DNA from: Promethearchaeota archaeon
GTDB taxonomy: Archaea; Asgardarchaeota; Lokiarchaeia; Sigyniarchaeales; SOKP01
Assembly (NCBI GenBank): GCA_048941015.1
Contig: JBHLNZ010000018.1
Location: forward strand, 1-48,892
Length of the DNA stretch: 48,892 bases
Direction: 5' to 3'
The position numbers and the translations under genes were made by a program. Under the pieces are notes generated by a model. That model saw only the letters and a program-made list of their open reading frames with translations, was not told the DNA's origin and searched no databases. How positions within the stretch are numbered: the first letter of the stretch is position 1; each line of letters opens with the position of its first letter. Below are positions 26,766 to 36,467 of this stretch, one piece after another.

Positions 26766-26871
26766 TTATTACCACCGACTAAATTGCTTTTAATTTAAAA
26801 GATGTACCAAATTTAATAATATATATTCAATTATATTATTTTTTGAATTATTAAAAAAAATCGATTAATTT

Positions 26872-28041
26872 ATGTTTAGTAAACAAATTGATAGCGATTA
26901 TGGTCTTATTGGAGATAATCTGGAAATAAAAAAGAATATAAAAATAGAAATAAGTAAAAATGGAAAGATTAACAAAATATCTTATGAGAATATAGATAAA
27001 TCTGTTATTATTTCTAAAAGTAGACCTACTTATTTGCTAATTCCTGGGTTAATAAATTCTCATATTCATATAGGTGATAGTTTTGCAAAAGAAGAAGGTT
27101 TTAATAACAATTTAATTGATATTGTTGCTCCTCCAAATGGATTAAAACATAGGTTGTTGAAATCAACCTCTGAAGAAAATATAATTGAAGGGATATATAA
27201 GGCATCAAGGGAAATGATCTCAAGTGGTACTACTTTTTTTATGGATTTTCGAGAAAATGAGTTAGATGGAATAAATCTATTGAGAAATGCATTAAAGGGA
27301 TCTTCTATAAATTATCTTGTATTAGGTAGGTTTAATGATATAAGGGATTTAGAAGGAGTATATAATGCCGCTGATGGTATTGGTTTTGCAAGTTATAAAT
27401 ATTTATCTCCAAATGTTAAAGAACAACTAAAAGAATTAAAAAGTGTAAAGAAGAAAATATTTGCTTGCCATGATGCTGAAAATATTAGAGATAAGAATGT
27501 AATTGAGAAAATTTTAAATGATAAAATAATTGATGTCATAGTTCATGGCACTAAATATATTGAAGAAGATTTAATTGAAATTAAAAAGAACAAAATTGCA
27601 TTAGTAATTTGTCCCAGAAGCAATGGCTATTTTGGGATTGGATTTCCTCCGATCAATGAAATTTTAAGTTTAAATCTTCCTATAAGCATAGGTACGGATA
27701 ATGTTATGGCAAATAATCTGGACTTATTCGAAGAGTTACGTTACATTTATCGTATTTATCGGGTTTTAAGACAAGATTCGAATGCACCATTAATTACAGC
27801 AAAAGATTTACTTAAGATGATAACTATTAATGCTGCTAAGAATTTTGGCTTAGAAAGTGAAATTGGATCGATATCAGAAGAAAAGTTTGCAGATTTTTTC
27901 ATGATTGATTTGAATGATCCTAACCTTTATCTACATAAAGTTGATAAAGAGAATATTTATCCAATTATCGTTCAAAGAACAAAATCAGAAAATATAAAAA
28001 AGGTATATATAAGAGGTGACTTAATCTTTGAAAGGATCTGA
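26872..28041 (+). CDS. Metal-dependent amidohydrolase/deaminase (cytosine/guanine deaminase-like)
   Basis: PGLINSHIH, H.AE, VHG, CPRSN, GTDN, M.TIN.A, GS....K.AD motifs. Confidence 0.88.
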   Translation: MFSKQIDSDYGLIGDNLEIKKNIKIEISKNGKINKISYENIDKSVIISKSRPTYLLIPGLINSHIHIGDSFAKEEGFNNNLIDIVAPPNGLKHRLLKSTSEENIIEGIYKASREMISSGTTFFMDFRENELDGINLLRNALKGSSINYLVLGRFNDIRDLEGVYNAADGIGFASYKYLSPNVKEQLKELKSVKKKIFACHDAENIRDKNVIEKILNDKIIDVIVHGTKYIEEDLIEIKKNKIALVICPRSNGYFGIGFPPINEILSLNLPISIGTDNVMANNLDLFEELRYIYRIYRVLRQDSNAPLITAKDLLKMITINAAKNFGLESEIGSISEEKFADFFMIDLNDPNLYLHKVDKENIYPIIVQRTKSENIKKVYIRGDLIFERI

Positions 28042-28714
28042 AAAGCCATACATAATATTAAGCGCTGCGATGAGTATTGATGGAAAAATAGCTTCGAAGG
28101 ATGGAGATCCTGATTTATCAGATGAAGATGATTGGAAAGAAGTTCATAAACTAAGAAGTCAAGTAGATGCAATAATTGTTGGTAAGCAAACTATCATAAG
28201 AGATAATCCTAAACTTCACATTAAATATTATGACCATAAAGGCTATTATCGTATTGTTTTAGATAGTAATTTATCAATTCCATTGGATTCTAATGTTATT
28301 TCGTACAAACAAGATGTATATCCAACAATAATTTGTACAACAGAAAATATATCTTTGGAGAAAATTAAAAAGTTTGAATCAAAAAGTATTAAGGTAGTAA
28401 AATCTGGAGAAGGAAAAAGAGTAGATCTTCTAAAATTAATGCCATTATTGTCTAATCAAGGGATAAAATCCATATTATTAGAAGGTGGTGGAAATTTAAA
28501 TTGGAGTTTCATTAAAAATGATTTAATTGATGAAATTCGATTAACTATTGCTCCATGGATAGTAGGCGGGAAAGAAGCTATATCTTTAGTTGAAGGAGAA
28601 GGATTTTCAAAGATGATCGAGAGTCCAAGATTTATTTTGACCAATATCATAAATAGAAATAATTATGTAATTCTAAATTACAAAAAAAAATATAATGAAA
28701 AGTACAATACTTAA
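28028..28714 (+). CDS. arfC: 2,5-diamino-6-(ribosylamino)-4(3H)-pyrimidinone 5'-phosphate reductase (RibD C-domain only)
   Basis: AAMSIDGKIA, VH.LR...DAI.VG..T...DNP.L, LEGGG.LN, DEI...IAP...GG. Confidence 0.9.
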   Translation: MKGSEKPYIILSAAMSIDGKIASKDGDPDLSDEDDWKEVHKLRSQVDAIIVGKQTIIRDNPKLHIKYYDHKGYYRIVLDSNLSIPLDSNVISYKQDVYPTIICTTENISLEKIKKFESKSIKVVKSGEGKRVDLLKLMPLLSNQGIKSILLEGGGNLNWSFIKNDLIDEIRLTIAPWIVGGKEAISLVEGEGFSKMIESPRFILTNIINRNNYVILNYKKKYNEKYNT

Positions 28715-29783
28715 ACAGTTATCTCTTAAAAAGTTAAAAGAAAAAGTTAAGGAAGTAAAAGCTTATCTATCTTCAAACGAGCAAAACATCATTACATTTT
28801 CAAAAAATTTTACAATCTCACTTTCAAATTATTGTCAAAATCAATGTAAATATTGTTTTTATAACTACAAAATTCGAAAAGCAAAAGGTCAAGAAAATGA
28901 AATTCTAATACCCGATTTTAAAATAGAGAATTTAATTCAAAAAGCAATTAATTATCATTGTAAAGAAGCACTTATAATGTCTGGAGAAAAACCAGATATT
29001 TTCCAAAATGTCAGAGAGGAACTAAGATCGAGAAAATATAAAGATTTTATTCATTTTGTTAAAGATCTATGCGTGAACTTGATAAATCATAATCTATTAC
29101 CACATACGAATATTGGAACCTTATCTTATGATGATTTAAAATCATTAAAACCCCTCAATGCTAGTATGGGTCTAATGTTGGAGAGTACTTGTGAGAAGTT
29201 ATTTTTAAAAGGAGGAGTACACGAATACTCACCTGGTAAAATACCTAAATTTAGATTGGAACACATAGAGAATGCGGGGAGACTTAAGATACCCTTTACA
29301 ACAGGTTTACTTTTAGGCATTGGAGAGACAATTGATGATAGAATCAGAGATCTTTTTATTATAAAGAAGCTACATCAAAGGTTTGGTCATATCCAGGAGA
29401 TTATCTTACAAAATTTTGATTATAAAGAAGGAATCCCATATAATCCGCAAAAATCAATCCAGATTATAGATATTTTAAAAATAGTTGGAATTGCAAGATT
29501 AATATTTCAAAATGAAATTGCAATTCAAGTTCCTCCAAATTTAATTACTGGATATGAAAAGGATTTTCTTGAAATGGGTATCACTGATTTAGGTGGAATT
29601 TCACCAATTACCCGAGACTTCATAAATCCTGATAAACCTTGGCCTAAAATCGAATATTTGAAAATAATATGTGCTAAAAGTGGATTTAAATTGAAAGAAC
29701 GGCTTCCTATTTATGAAAAATTTATTAATAAACCAGATTTTTGTCCAGAAAGTATTAAAAAAAGAATTAATAATATTAATTAG
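28695..29783 (+). CDS. cofG: FO synthase subunit CofG (radical SAM)
   Basis: ITFSKN, CQNQCKYC, EAL..SGE.P, LPHTN.G, SMGLMLE, H..SPGK.P, IPFTTG.L.GIGE, HIQE.I.QNF, IQVPPNL, D.GGISP.T.D.INP..PWP. Confidence 0.93.
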   Translation: MKSTILKQLSLKKLKEKVKEVKAYLSSNEQNIITFSKNFTISLSNYCQNQCKYCFYNYKIRKAKGQENEILIPDFKIENLIQKAINYHCKEALIMSGEKPDIFQNVREELRSRKYKDFIHFVKDLCVNLINHNLLPHTNIGTLSYDDLKSLKPLNASMGLMLESTCEKLFLKGGVHEYSPGKIPKFRLEHIENAGRLKIPFTTGLLLGIGETIDDRIRDLFIIKKLHQRFGHIQEIILQNFDYKEGIPYNPQKSIQIIDILKIVGIARLIFQNEIAIQVPPNLITGYEKDFLEMGITDLGGISPITRDFINPDKPWPKIEYLKIICAKSGFKLKERLPIYEKFINKPDFCPESIKKRINNIN

Positions 29784-30917
29784 ATGGTAGAAGCAAACTT
29801 TTTTGATCAAATCTCCCCAGAGATTAGAAAAATATTATTAAAATCTCTTAATTCTGAAGAATTAAATGTTCAAGATGCCCTAAAGCTTCTCAAAGTTAAG
29901 GGAAAAGACTTTTTTGCATTACAGTATGTCGCTGATAATATTTGTTATGAGAAGAAAAAAAATCTTGTTACTTTTGTAATTAATAGGAATATTAATTTTA
30001 CAAATATATGTTTCCAAGGCTGTAAATTTTGTTCATTTAGCGTTCCTAAGAATCATAAAGATGCATTTTTATTAAGTAATCAACAATTAGAAGATAAAGT
30101 CATTGAAGCAAAAAATAATGGATGTACTGAAGTTTGTATTCAAGGCGGAATAAACCCTGAGCTTAATTTTGAATATTATTTAGATTTACTTAAAACAGTT
30201 AGGTCAGTCGATTCAGAACTTCATATTCACGCATTTTCTCCTCAAGAAATTTATTATATGTCACAATTATTTGAAAATTCAATAAAAAATACTTTAAAAG
30301 AACTAAAAAAAGCTGGTTTAGGTTCCATACCAGGAACAGCAGCAGAAATATTAGTTGATAACATAAGAAAAATAATATGTCCTAAGAAAATTAGTACCTC
30401 TCAATGGATAGAAGTAATAAAGGAGGCTCATAAAGTAGGAATTCCAACAACATCTACCATAATGTATGGTCATATCGAAAGTTTAAAAAATAGAATCGAA
30501 CACTTGGAAATTATAAGAACAATACAAAAAGAAACTAAAGGGTTTACAGAATTTGTTCCATTACCTTTTGTTAAAGAAAAACCAATACTTTCTAGATTAA
30601 AAAGTTATCCTTTAAAATCAACTTATGGAATGGCAGATTTAAAATTGTTTTGTGTTTCTCGGTTATTTTTTAATAATTATATTGATAATATACAAGGTTC
30701 TTGGGTTAAATTAGGACCAAAATTCGCCCAAATCTCTCTAAATTACGGTGTAAATGATTTTTCTGGAACACTTATGGAAGAAAATATATCTAAAAGCGCT
30801 GGAGCTGAATATGGAGAGTATTTATCTCCAGAAGAGATGATTGAAATTATAAAAGAAGCTGGCAAAATACCCGCACAGAGAGATACGTTATATAATATTA
30901 TAAAATTTTTTGAATAG
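29784..30917 (+). CDS. cofH: FO synthase subunit CofH (radical SAM)
   Basis: VTFVINRNINFTN.C...C.FC.F, TEVC.QGG, HAFSP.E, PGTAAEIL, T.TIMYGH.E, FTEFVPLPF, NIQ.SWVKLG, GTLMEE.IS..AG. Confidence 0.93.
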   Translation: MVEANFFDQISPEIRKILLKSLNSEELNVQDALKLLKVKGKDFFALQYVADNICYEKKKNLVTFVINRNINFTNICFQGCKFCSFSVPKNHKDAFLLSNQQLEDKVIEAKNNGCTEVCIQGGINPELNFEYYLDLLKTVRSVDSELHIHAFSPQEIYYMSQLFENSIKNTLKELKKAGLGSIPGTAAEILVDNIRKIICPKKISTSQWIEVIKEAHKVGIPTTSTIMYGHIESLKNRIEHLEIIRTIQKETKGFTEFVPLPFVKEKPILSRLKSYPLKSTYGMADLKLFCVSRLFFNNYIDNIQGSWVKLGPKFAQISLNYGVNDFSGTLMEENISKSAGAEYGEYLSPEEMIEIIKEAGKIPAQRDTLYNIIKFFE

Positions 30918-30918
30918 A

Positions 30919-32775
30919 CTATTGAGTTTGAAGTAAACTTAATAGATAACGTTGGGCTATCAAATCTGAACTAACCATACCTAGTACTTTTCCTTCAAGT
31001 ACTACTGGCATTGCTGAAATTTGATGTTGTTCAAATTGACGAACTATATCTAAAATCGTGAACTCTGGGGATGCTGTAATAACTTCCTTTGTCATGATTG
31101 ATTCAATATTACCTTCACAAAATCCCTCAGCACTAGATTTTGTTATATCCCAATCCGTTACAACACCAACTAATTTTTCTTCTGAAAGAACTGTGATAAT
31201 ACCGCTATTTTTTTCTATCATTAATGCAGCTACTTCTTGAACACTACTTTTAACATCTATAGTTGGTATAGGAATCATTATGTCTTTTGCGGTGCGTTCA
31301 CTTTCCTTGGTTGTAAGACGCTGGAGACTTATTCTTTCGGCAGCTGTAGAAGGAAGCATATCTGGATTTCCAGATAAGAGATCTATTAATTCAACCATAT
31401 TATGACGAATAACTTCCTTTCTATATTGTTCACCTGCAATTAATCGTTTTTTCGATAGATTAGAAAATTCTTGGGATTGAGTTTCAAGCCAATCTTTTAC
31501 AGCTTGTCGGTCCCCTAGAATATTTTCAGGAATTTGTAAATGATCGGGTGTTTTAATGATATGTTCTTGAGCTGCGAATATAACTCCTCCAGAATTTACT
31601 AGATAATCATTAGCTATCATTACGCCTTTTTCTCGATATACAATTTGTTCCATACGAATTCGAGCTGCTTTTCTATTTGGATCAGGAGAATAAGTATTGG
31701 CGCCTTCAACTATTAATGACCACTTTCCCATCCGATCAACTAACATTGAGGGATTCTCCGATTCCCAAACTCCTAAATAATTAAAAATAGGTGCCGCTGG
31801 AATCAAACAAAAAGCATTCTCAAGTAATAAATTATTCGGATTTGTCGAAAATTTAATGGGGTGTTTAAAACTTTTTTCCATAATGTTGCTTTTATAATAT
31901 TTATTGCTGACTAATCCATGTTCTTTCCACAATTTAAATAGTTCATCAATCGGCAAACCATTCTCACTATAGAGATAACCTTCTAGATCACTTATTCCTA
32001 TTATCTTTGCTTTAGGAATTCTTTCCTTCAAAATTCGAGCAGCATGAGCACCAACTGCTCCAAATCCTTGAATGAGAACCTTCAGATTTTGCTTCTCAGG
32101 GATTTCTAAATTAGTAAATTGAGATAAAACTCTTAATCTAGGCATTATCTCAAGCAAAGTTTGTAATGCTGTAATTACACCACCAGCAGCAGCACCGATT
32201 TCATCGATACGATTCCCCCCCATATCAGCAGGTTTGGATAACACATTATCTAAACCATTTTCAATAGCGATTGTTTTCATATCTGCATCATTTGTTCCTA
32301 CATCTGGTCCGGGTAGATAAATATCTCGATAACGTTTAATGAGTTTAGCAAAACCTTTCACAATTTCTATATGAACTTCAGGCGGAAGATCTCTCTCAGC
32401 TATAATACCTGATTTACCACCTCCATAAGGAAGATTCGCTGCTGCATTCTTTAAGGTCATTCCACGAGCAAGATTATAGATATCAGATGGCTTTATGGTA
32501 GGAAGCATTCTTATACCACCCATAGAGGGAGTTCCCATAGATAGATTATCAACAACTAAATATCCACCTATTTCTAGATTGGAATCGTCGTCCCACATAC
32601 ATGAAACTAGTTTTGGACCAACTTTATCACGAATTATGCCTAATTCAGACAGAAGTTGCTCATCTTTGTACCCAAATTCTAAGTAACGTTTTCCATTATC
32701 TTTAATAAGGCGTGTTTTAAAAGCAGCATCTGGAATTTTTTCCTTTAGAAAGAGTTCCATATTTTTTGGAATCAT
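30919..32775 (-). CDS. Glu/Leu/Phe/Val dehydrogenase fused to a C-terminal CBS pair
   Basis: GGIRM, LARGMTLK, GGGKSGI, GPDVGT, QGFGAVG, EGAN, D...N.GGVI; last about 120 aa are two CBS motifs. Confidence 0.88.
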   Translation of the reverse strand: MIPKNMELFLKEKIPDAAFKTRLIKDNGKRYLEFGYKDEQLLSELGIIRDKVGPKLVSCMWDDDSNLEIGGYLVVDNLSMGTPSMGGIRMLPTIKPSDIYNLARGMTLKNAAANLPYGGGKSGIIAERDLPPEVHIEIVKGFAKLIKRYRDIYLPGPDVGTNDADMKTIAIENGLDNVLSKPADMGGNRIDEIGAAAGGVITALQTLLEIMPRLRVLSQFTNLEIPEKQNLKVLIQGFGAVGAHAARILKERIPKAKIIGISDLEGYLYSENGLPIDELFKLWKEHGLVSNKYYKSNIMEKSFKHPIKFSTNPNNLLLENAFCLIPAAPIFNYLGVWESENPSMLVDRMGKWSLIVEGANTYSPDPNRKAARIRMEQIVYREKGVMIANDYLVNSGGVIFAAQEHIIKTPDHLQIPENILGDRQAVKDWLETQSQEFSNLSKKRLIAGEQYRKEVIRHNMVELIDLLSGNPDMLPSTAAERISLQRLTTKESERTAKDIMIPIPTIDVKSSVQEVAALMIEKNSGIITVLSEEKLVGVVTDWDITKSSAEGFCEGNIESIMTKEVITASPEFTILDIVRQFEQHQISAMPVVLEGKVLGMVSSDLIAQRYLLSLLQTQ

Positions 32776-32934
32776 TATTTATATAGGGTTAATTTATTAA
32801 TTTGATAGAAGTATGATTATTAAATCTACCAATTATTTAAATTTCTGTTTATCTCGGGGATTGGTTAAAAGTTAAGTTTTTTAATTTTAATTCTAGTCGA
32901 AATTTATTAATAGCTTCTTTAATACCTTAAAGGT

Positions 32935-34839
32935 ATGGGAATTAGGGCTAAAAAACTCCTTTTAATAGGTATTGATCAGGCTATACCGTATCTTTTAAAT
33001 AAGTTTCTAAATGAAGGTATTTTACCTAATATTAATTATTTAGTTGATAATGGGATTTTAGGGGAAGCTTATTCATCGGCTCCTTGTGATACTCCTACAA
33101 ACTGGGCGACAATAGCAACCGGAGCAACATGTGCGGTGCATGGCGCTACTAGTTTTTATATGCACCAACCAGGGGAACCTCTTGATTTTGGATTAAAATA
33201 TAGATCCAGAACCCAATTATCAAAATATTGCAATGCAGAATATTTTTGGGATGTAGCTGATAGAAATGGGATGACTCCTTTTGTAATAAACTATCCAGCA
33301 GGATGGTTTAGTATTTTTAGAAAAGGTGCAATGTGCATTTTTACATGGAATATTCCTGATTCATTGCCAAGAATTTTAATTGGTTCAGAGGTCCAGGTTT
33401 TTTCTATTGAATCAAAAATTCCGAATGAAAAATTAATTCCGGTTAATAAATCTATTGAAAATATAAATAGCACTTCTTCAGTGTTCAAAGCAGTAATCGA
33501 AATAATGGGAACAGAAATTAAAGCACCTTTTTCATTTGAAATGTTTCTATTTAGTAGTAATGGGGACAATTATGATTCAATTTATATTCCAATTCTACAA
33601 GGGAAAAATCAAAAGGTTATTAGAGAGAATTATAGGAGTGATTGGATACAAATACAATTAGACACTATCTATGGGAAATTACCTTGTTTATTGTATATTA
33701 AGATTTTAAATATTGATCCTAAAGGTAATTTTCTTGAAATAAAACGTTCTGCTGTATATAATACCAAAGGATGGAGTTTTCCTGAAGAATTTGGAAGAGA
33801 TCTGGTAATTAATGCTTTTGGAATTGATTTGCCACCTAAACAAAAAGTTGAATTTATGATTTATGGGAAATTTTCAAAATATATTCGAACCGCCAGACAA
33901 GAAAGTTTAACATTAGCAAGAGCGATTAATTACTCTAAACAAGCAATTAATTGGGATATTTGCTATTTCCATTATCATCCTTTAGATACTATTAACCATG
34001 ATTCATTAGCTTTTTTATACAAAGCGTCGCCTATTTATGATGAAAAAAAGGCTGAAAAAACTTGGGAAAATGTTCGAATAGCTTATAAAATTGTTGATGA
34101 AATGGTTGGATCGTTATTAAAGTCATCTGTTGATAAGAATACAGTAGTTGTTTTTGTTTCAGACCATGGTGCTGTTCCAGTATGGAAAATGGTTAATATA
34201 TCGAAAGCTTTTAAAGAAGCTGGTTTGCTAAGTTATAAATGGGACAGCTCAAAAAAAAAATATTTGATTGATTGGAAACACAGCTTAGCTTTTCCTTATA
34301 TGGAACCTCCATTTGTGTGGATTAATTTTGAAGGAAGAGATCCTCATGGTATTGTGAAAAAAACTGAATGTGAAAGCGTTAAACAGAGGATTATTGAAAC
34401 TTTATATAACATCAGAGATCCTGAAACAGATGAAGAAATAGTAGAGCTAGCTCTTCGAAGGGAAGATTCTACCGAATTAGGGCTAAATGGTGAAAGGGTT
34501 GGTGATATTATATATTTTTTAAAACCTCCCTATGGAATATTTGATGGTAATTTTGATACAATAAATGCTTCTTATATCTCACAAGAGCTTTTAAATAAAC
34601 CATTAATATATGGAGCTAGATTTTTCTTTGGTGCCCATGCATATTTTCTCCCCACTGCGAAATTTGGCAAATACTCTATAAGTGCTCCAGTAATCATTAG
34701 TGGTCCAGGAATTAAACAAGGATTTAAACTGAAAAAGGCAGTAAATTTGATCGATTTAGCTCCTACTCTAGCAAACATATTAGATTTACCTCATCCGAAA
34801 AATTCTCAAGGGAGAATTCTGAATGAAATATTTGATTGA
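32935..34839 (+). CDS. Alkaline phosphatase superfamily / type I phosphodiesterase-nucleotide pyrophosphatase
   Basis: IGID, T.TNW.T..TG....HG, D...H, VSDHG, G.H, D.APT motifs. Confidence 0.85.
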   Translation: MGIRAKKLLLIGIDQAIPYLLNKFLNEGILPNINYLVDNGILGEAYSSAPCDTPTNWATIATGATCAVHGATSFYMHQPGEPLDFGLKYRSRTQLSKYCNAEYFWDVADRNGMTPFVINYPAGWFSIFRKGAMCIFTWNIPDSLPRILIGSEVQVFSIESKIPNEKLIPVNKSIENINSTSSVFKAVIEIMGTEIKAPFSFEMFLFSSNGDNYDSIYIPILQGKNQKVIRENYRSDWIQIQLDTIYGKLPCLLYIKILNIDPKGNFLEIKRSAVYNTKGWSFPEEFGRDLVINAFGIDLPPKQKVEFMIYGKFSKYIRTARQESLTLARAINYSKQAINWDICYFHYHPLDTINHDSLAFLYKASPIYDEKKAEKTWENVRIAYKIVDEMVGSLLKSSVDKNTVVVFVSDHGAVPVWKMVNISKAFKEAGLLSYKWDSSKKKYLIDWKHSLAFPYMEPPFVWINFEGRDPHGIVKKTECESVKQRIIETLYNIRDPETDEEIVELALRREDSTELGLNGERVGDIIYFLKPPYGIFDGNFDTINASYISQELLNKPLIYGARFFFGAHAYFLPTAKFGKYSISAPVIISGPGIKQGFKLKKAVNLIDLAPTLANILDLPHPKNSQGRILNEIFD

Positions 34840-34883
34840 ATATTATAATCTCAAAATTGATATTAACTTAACAAATGATTTTA

Positions 34884-36467
34884 TTATTCATCTTGAATAT
34901 ATGGCTTTTCTAAAAAAAGATAATTTTCTGCTTTCTTTAATTCACGTCCTATATAGTTAACATGATATAAATCTTCAATTAATTTTAATTGTATTATTTT
35001 CTTACTTAAAGCTTCAGCATTATCCCCAATCAAGGTATTAAGTAATTGATGATCATTAGAAAAATGGAGAACATAAATTTTATGTTTATAATGGTTTATA
35101 TAGATCTTGAAATAACCTTTTTTATCTTGTATATAAGTAGGGTCAACTTTATTAACCTTTATTGCATTAATTTCATCAATTTCAGGATGTTCCTGATTAG
35201 TTTTACCTTTAGCTCTGAATACTTGAATTCCTTGATTTATTGGAGGTGTTCTTTTACTTTTAGCAATATAATTTAATTTAACACTTTCTTTCAATTCAGC
35301 TACTCCTCCCATTAACTTGGTACTATGCTCTACTGTGAATAATATACCCATATCGAGTTCAATTGCAATACTAGCTAGAAGTCCATTTATTCCTATAGAA
35401 TCTATATCCATCAATTCAACAACATTTGAAATGCCAAAAAAAAGTGGCAATTCTAAATCGGAATTTTCTTTTTTTGCTACCTCCTTTTTGTATAGAAAAT
35501 ATGATTCTAATGAATTACTTAATCCTGGTGCTATTGGTGTTTCTAATAAAGGATCAGCAATTAGCTTTTTGAATCCCGCTTCTTTCAACTTTTTTGTTAA
35601 TTTAAGTAAATTCATAACTCGTTCTTGAGGTTCCTTTGGAAAATATGCTTTTCTTAGATTTGTTGGAAGGATGACAATTGGAATTTCTTTTGATATATTC
35701 AAAAATTCTTTATAATTTCCCATATCAAAACTAAGTATTAAGTCAATATGATTTTCAACAGCAGCTAGAATTTCAGTCTTGTCCATTGAGTCTATGCTGA
35801 TTAGGGTATTGAAATTTTTTCTAATAAGATGAATGATTTCTTTTACTCTTCCCGGATTAGGTTTATTCGAAATACATCCTATATCAATTACATCTGCTCC
35901 TGATTCAAGATAATGCCTTGCTTTATTAAGGATACTATTATTATCCTTATCTGTACAATTTACAATTTCAGCAATAATTGGAGGGGGAAGGTTACGGCCA
36001 ATAAGTAAATCTGATTTCTGCTTATTTATGTGATAAGTATGATTAGAAATATGATCTTTTGCTTTATTCATATTTTCTTCTACAATTCTTTTAAATTCTT
36101 CTTCTCCTGAGATTTCAAATAATCTATTTGCGGGAATACTAGTTGATAATTTAATTCTTTTTATATTTTTAAGAATCATAGGTAAATCTGAAGCAAATTC
36201 AGGACCTTTTCTTATAGCAATTACCCACTTTTTTTCTAAAGAAGAAGTATCCCATTGAACAAAACCAGGAAGTAAAATTAAATCATAAGACAGCGAATAT
36301 AATTCATTTAATATTTCATCTACCATCGATTCTGATAAGAATGCAGAAATAGAGATATTGGCTTTATAAATTTCAATAATATATTCTTTAATGGGCTGAA
36401 CAATTTTCTTTATGATAGAATAACTATTCAAACCCGTAATTATTAAAATATTTTTAATCAAAATCAC
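34884..36467 (-). CDS. Dihydropteroate synthase-like protein (archaeal methanopterin-type) with C-terminal DUF4346-like domain
   Basis: I.AEI, GAD.IDIG, SIDS, ADP.L, G.SNV.EL.D.DS.G.N, D.KGYFKI, H..YIGREL.KAE. Confidence 0.88.
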   Translation of the reverse strand: MILIKNILIITGLNSYSIIKKIVQPIKEYIIEIYKANISISAFLSESMVDEILNELYSLSYDLILLPGFVQWDTSSLEKKWVIAIRKGPEFASDLPMILKNIKRIKLSTSIPANRLFEISGEEEFKRIVEENMNKAKDHISNHTYHINKQKSDLLIGRNLPPPIIAEIVNCTDKDNNSILNKARHYLESGADVIDIGCISNKPNPGRVKEIIHLIRKNFNTLISIDSMDKTEILAAVENHIDLILSFDMGNYKEFLNISKEIPIVILPTNLRKAYFPKEPQERVMNLLKLTKKLKEAGFKKLIADPLLETPIAPGLSNSLESYFLYKKEVAKKENSDLELPLFFGISNVVELMDIDSIGINGLLASIAIELDMGILFTVEHSTKLMGGVAELKESVKLNYIAKSKRTPPINQGIQVFRAKGKTNQEHPEIDEINAIKVNKVDPTYIQDKKGYFKIYINHYKHKIYVLHFSNDHQLLNTLIGDNAEALSKKIIQLKLIEDLYHVNYIGRELKKAENYLFLEKPYIQDE

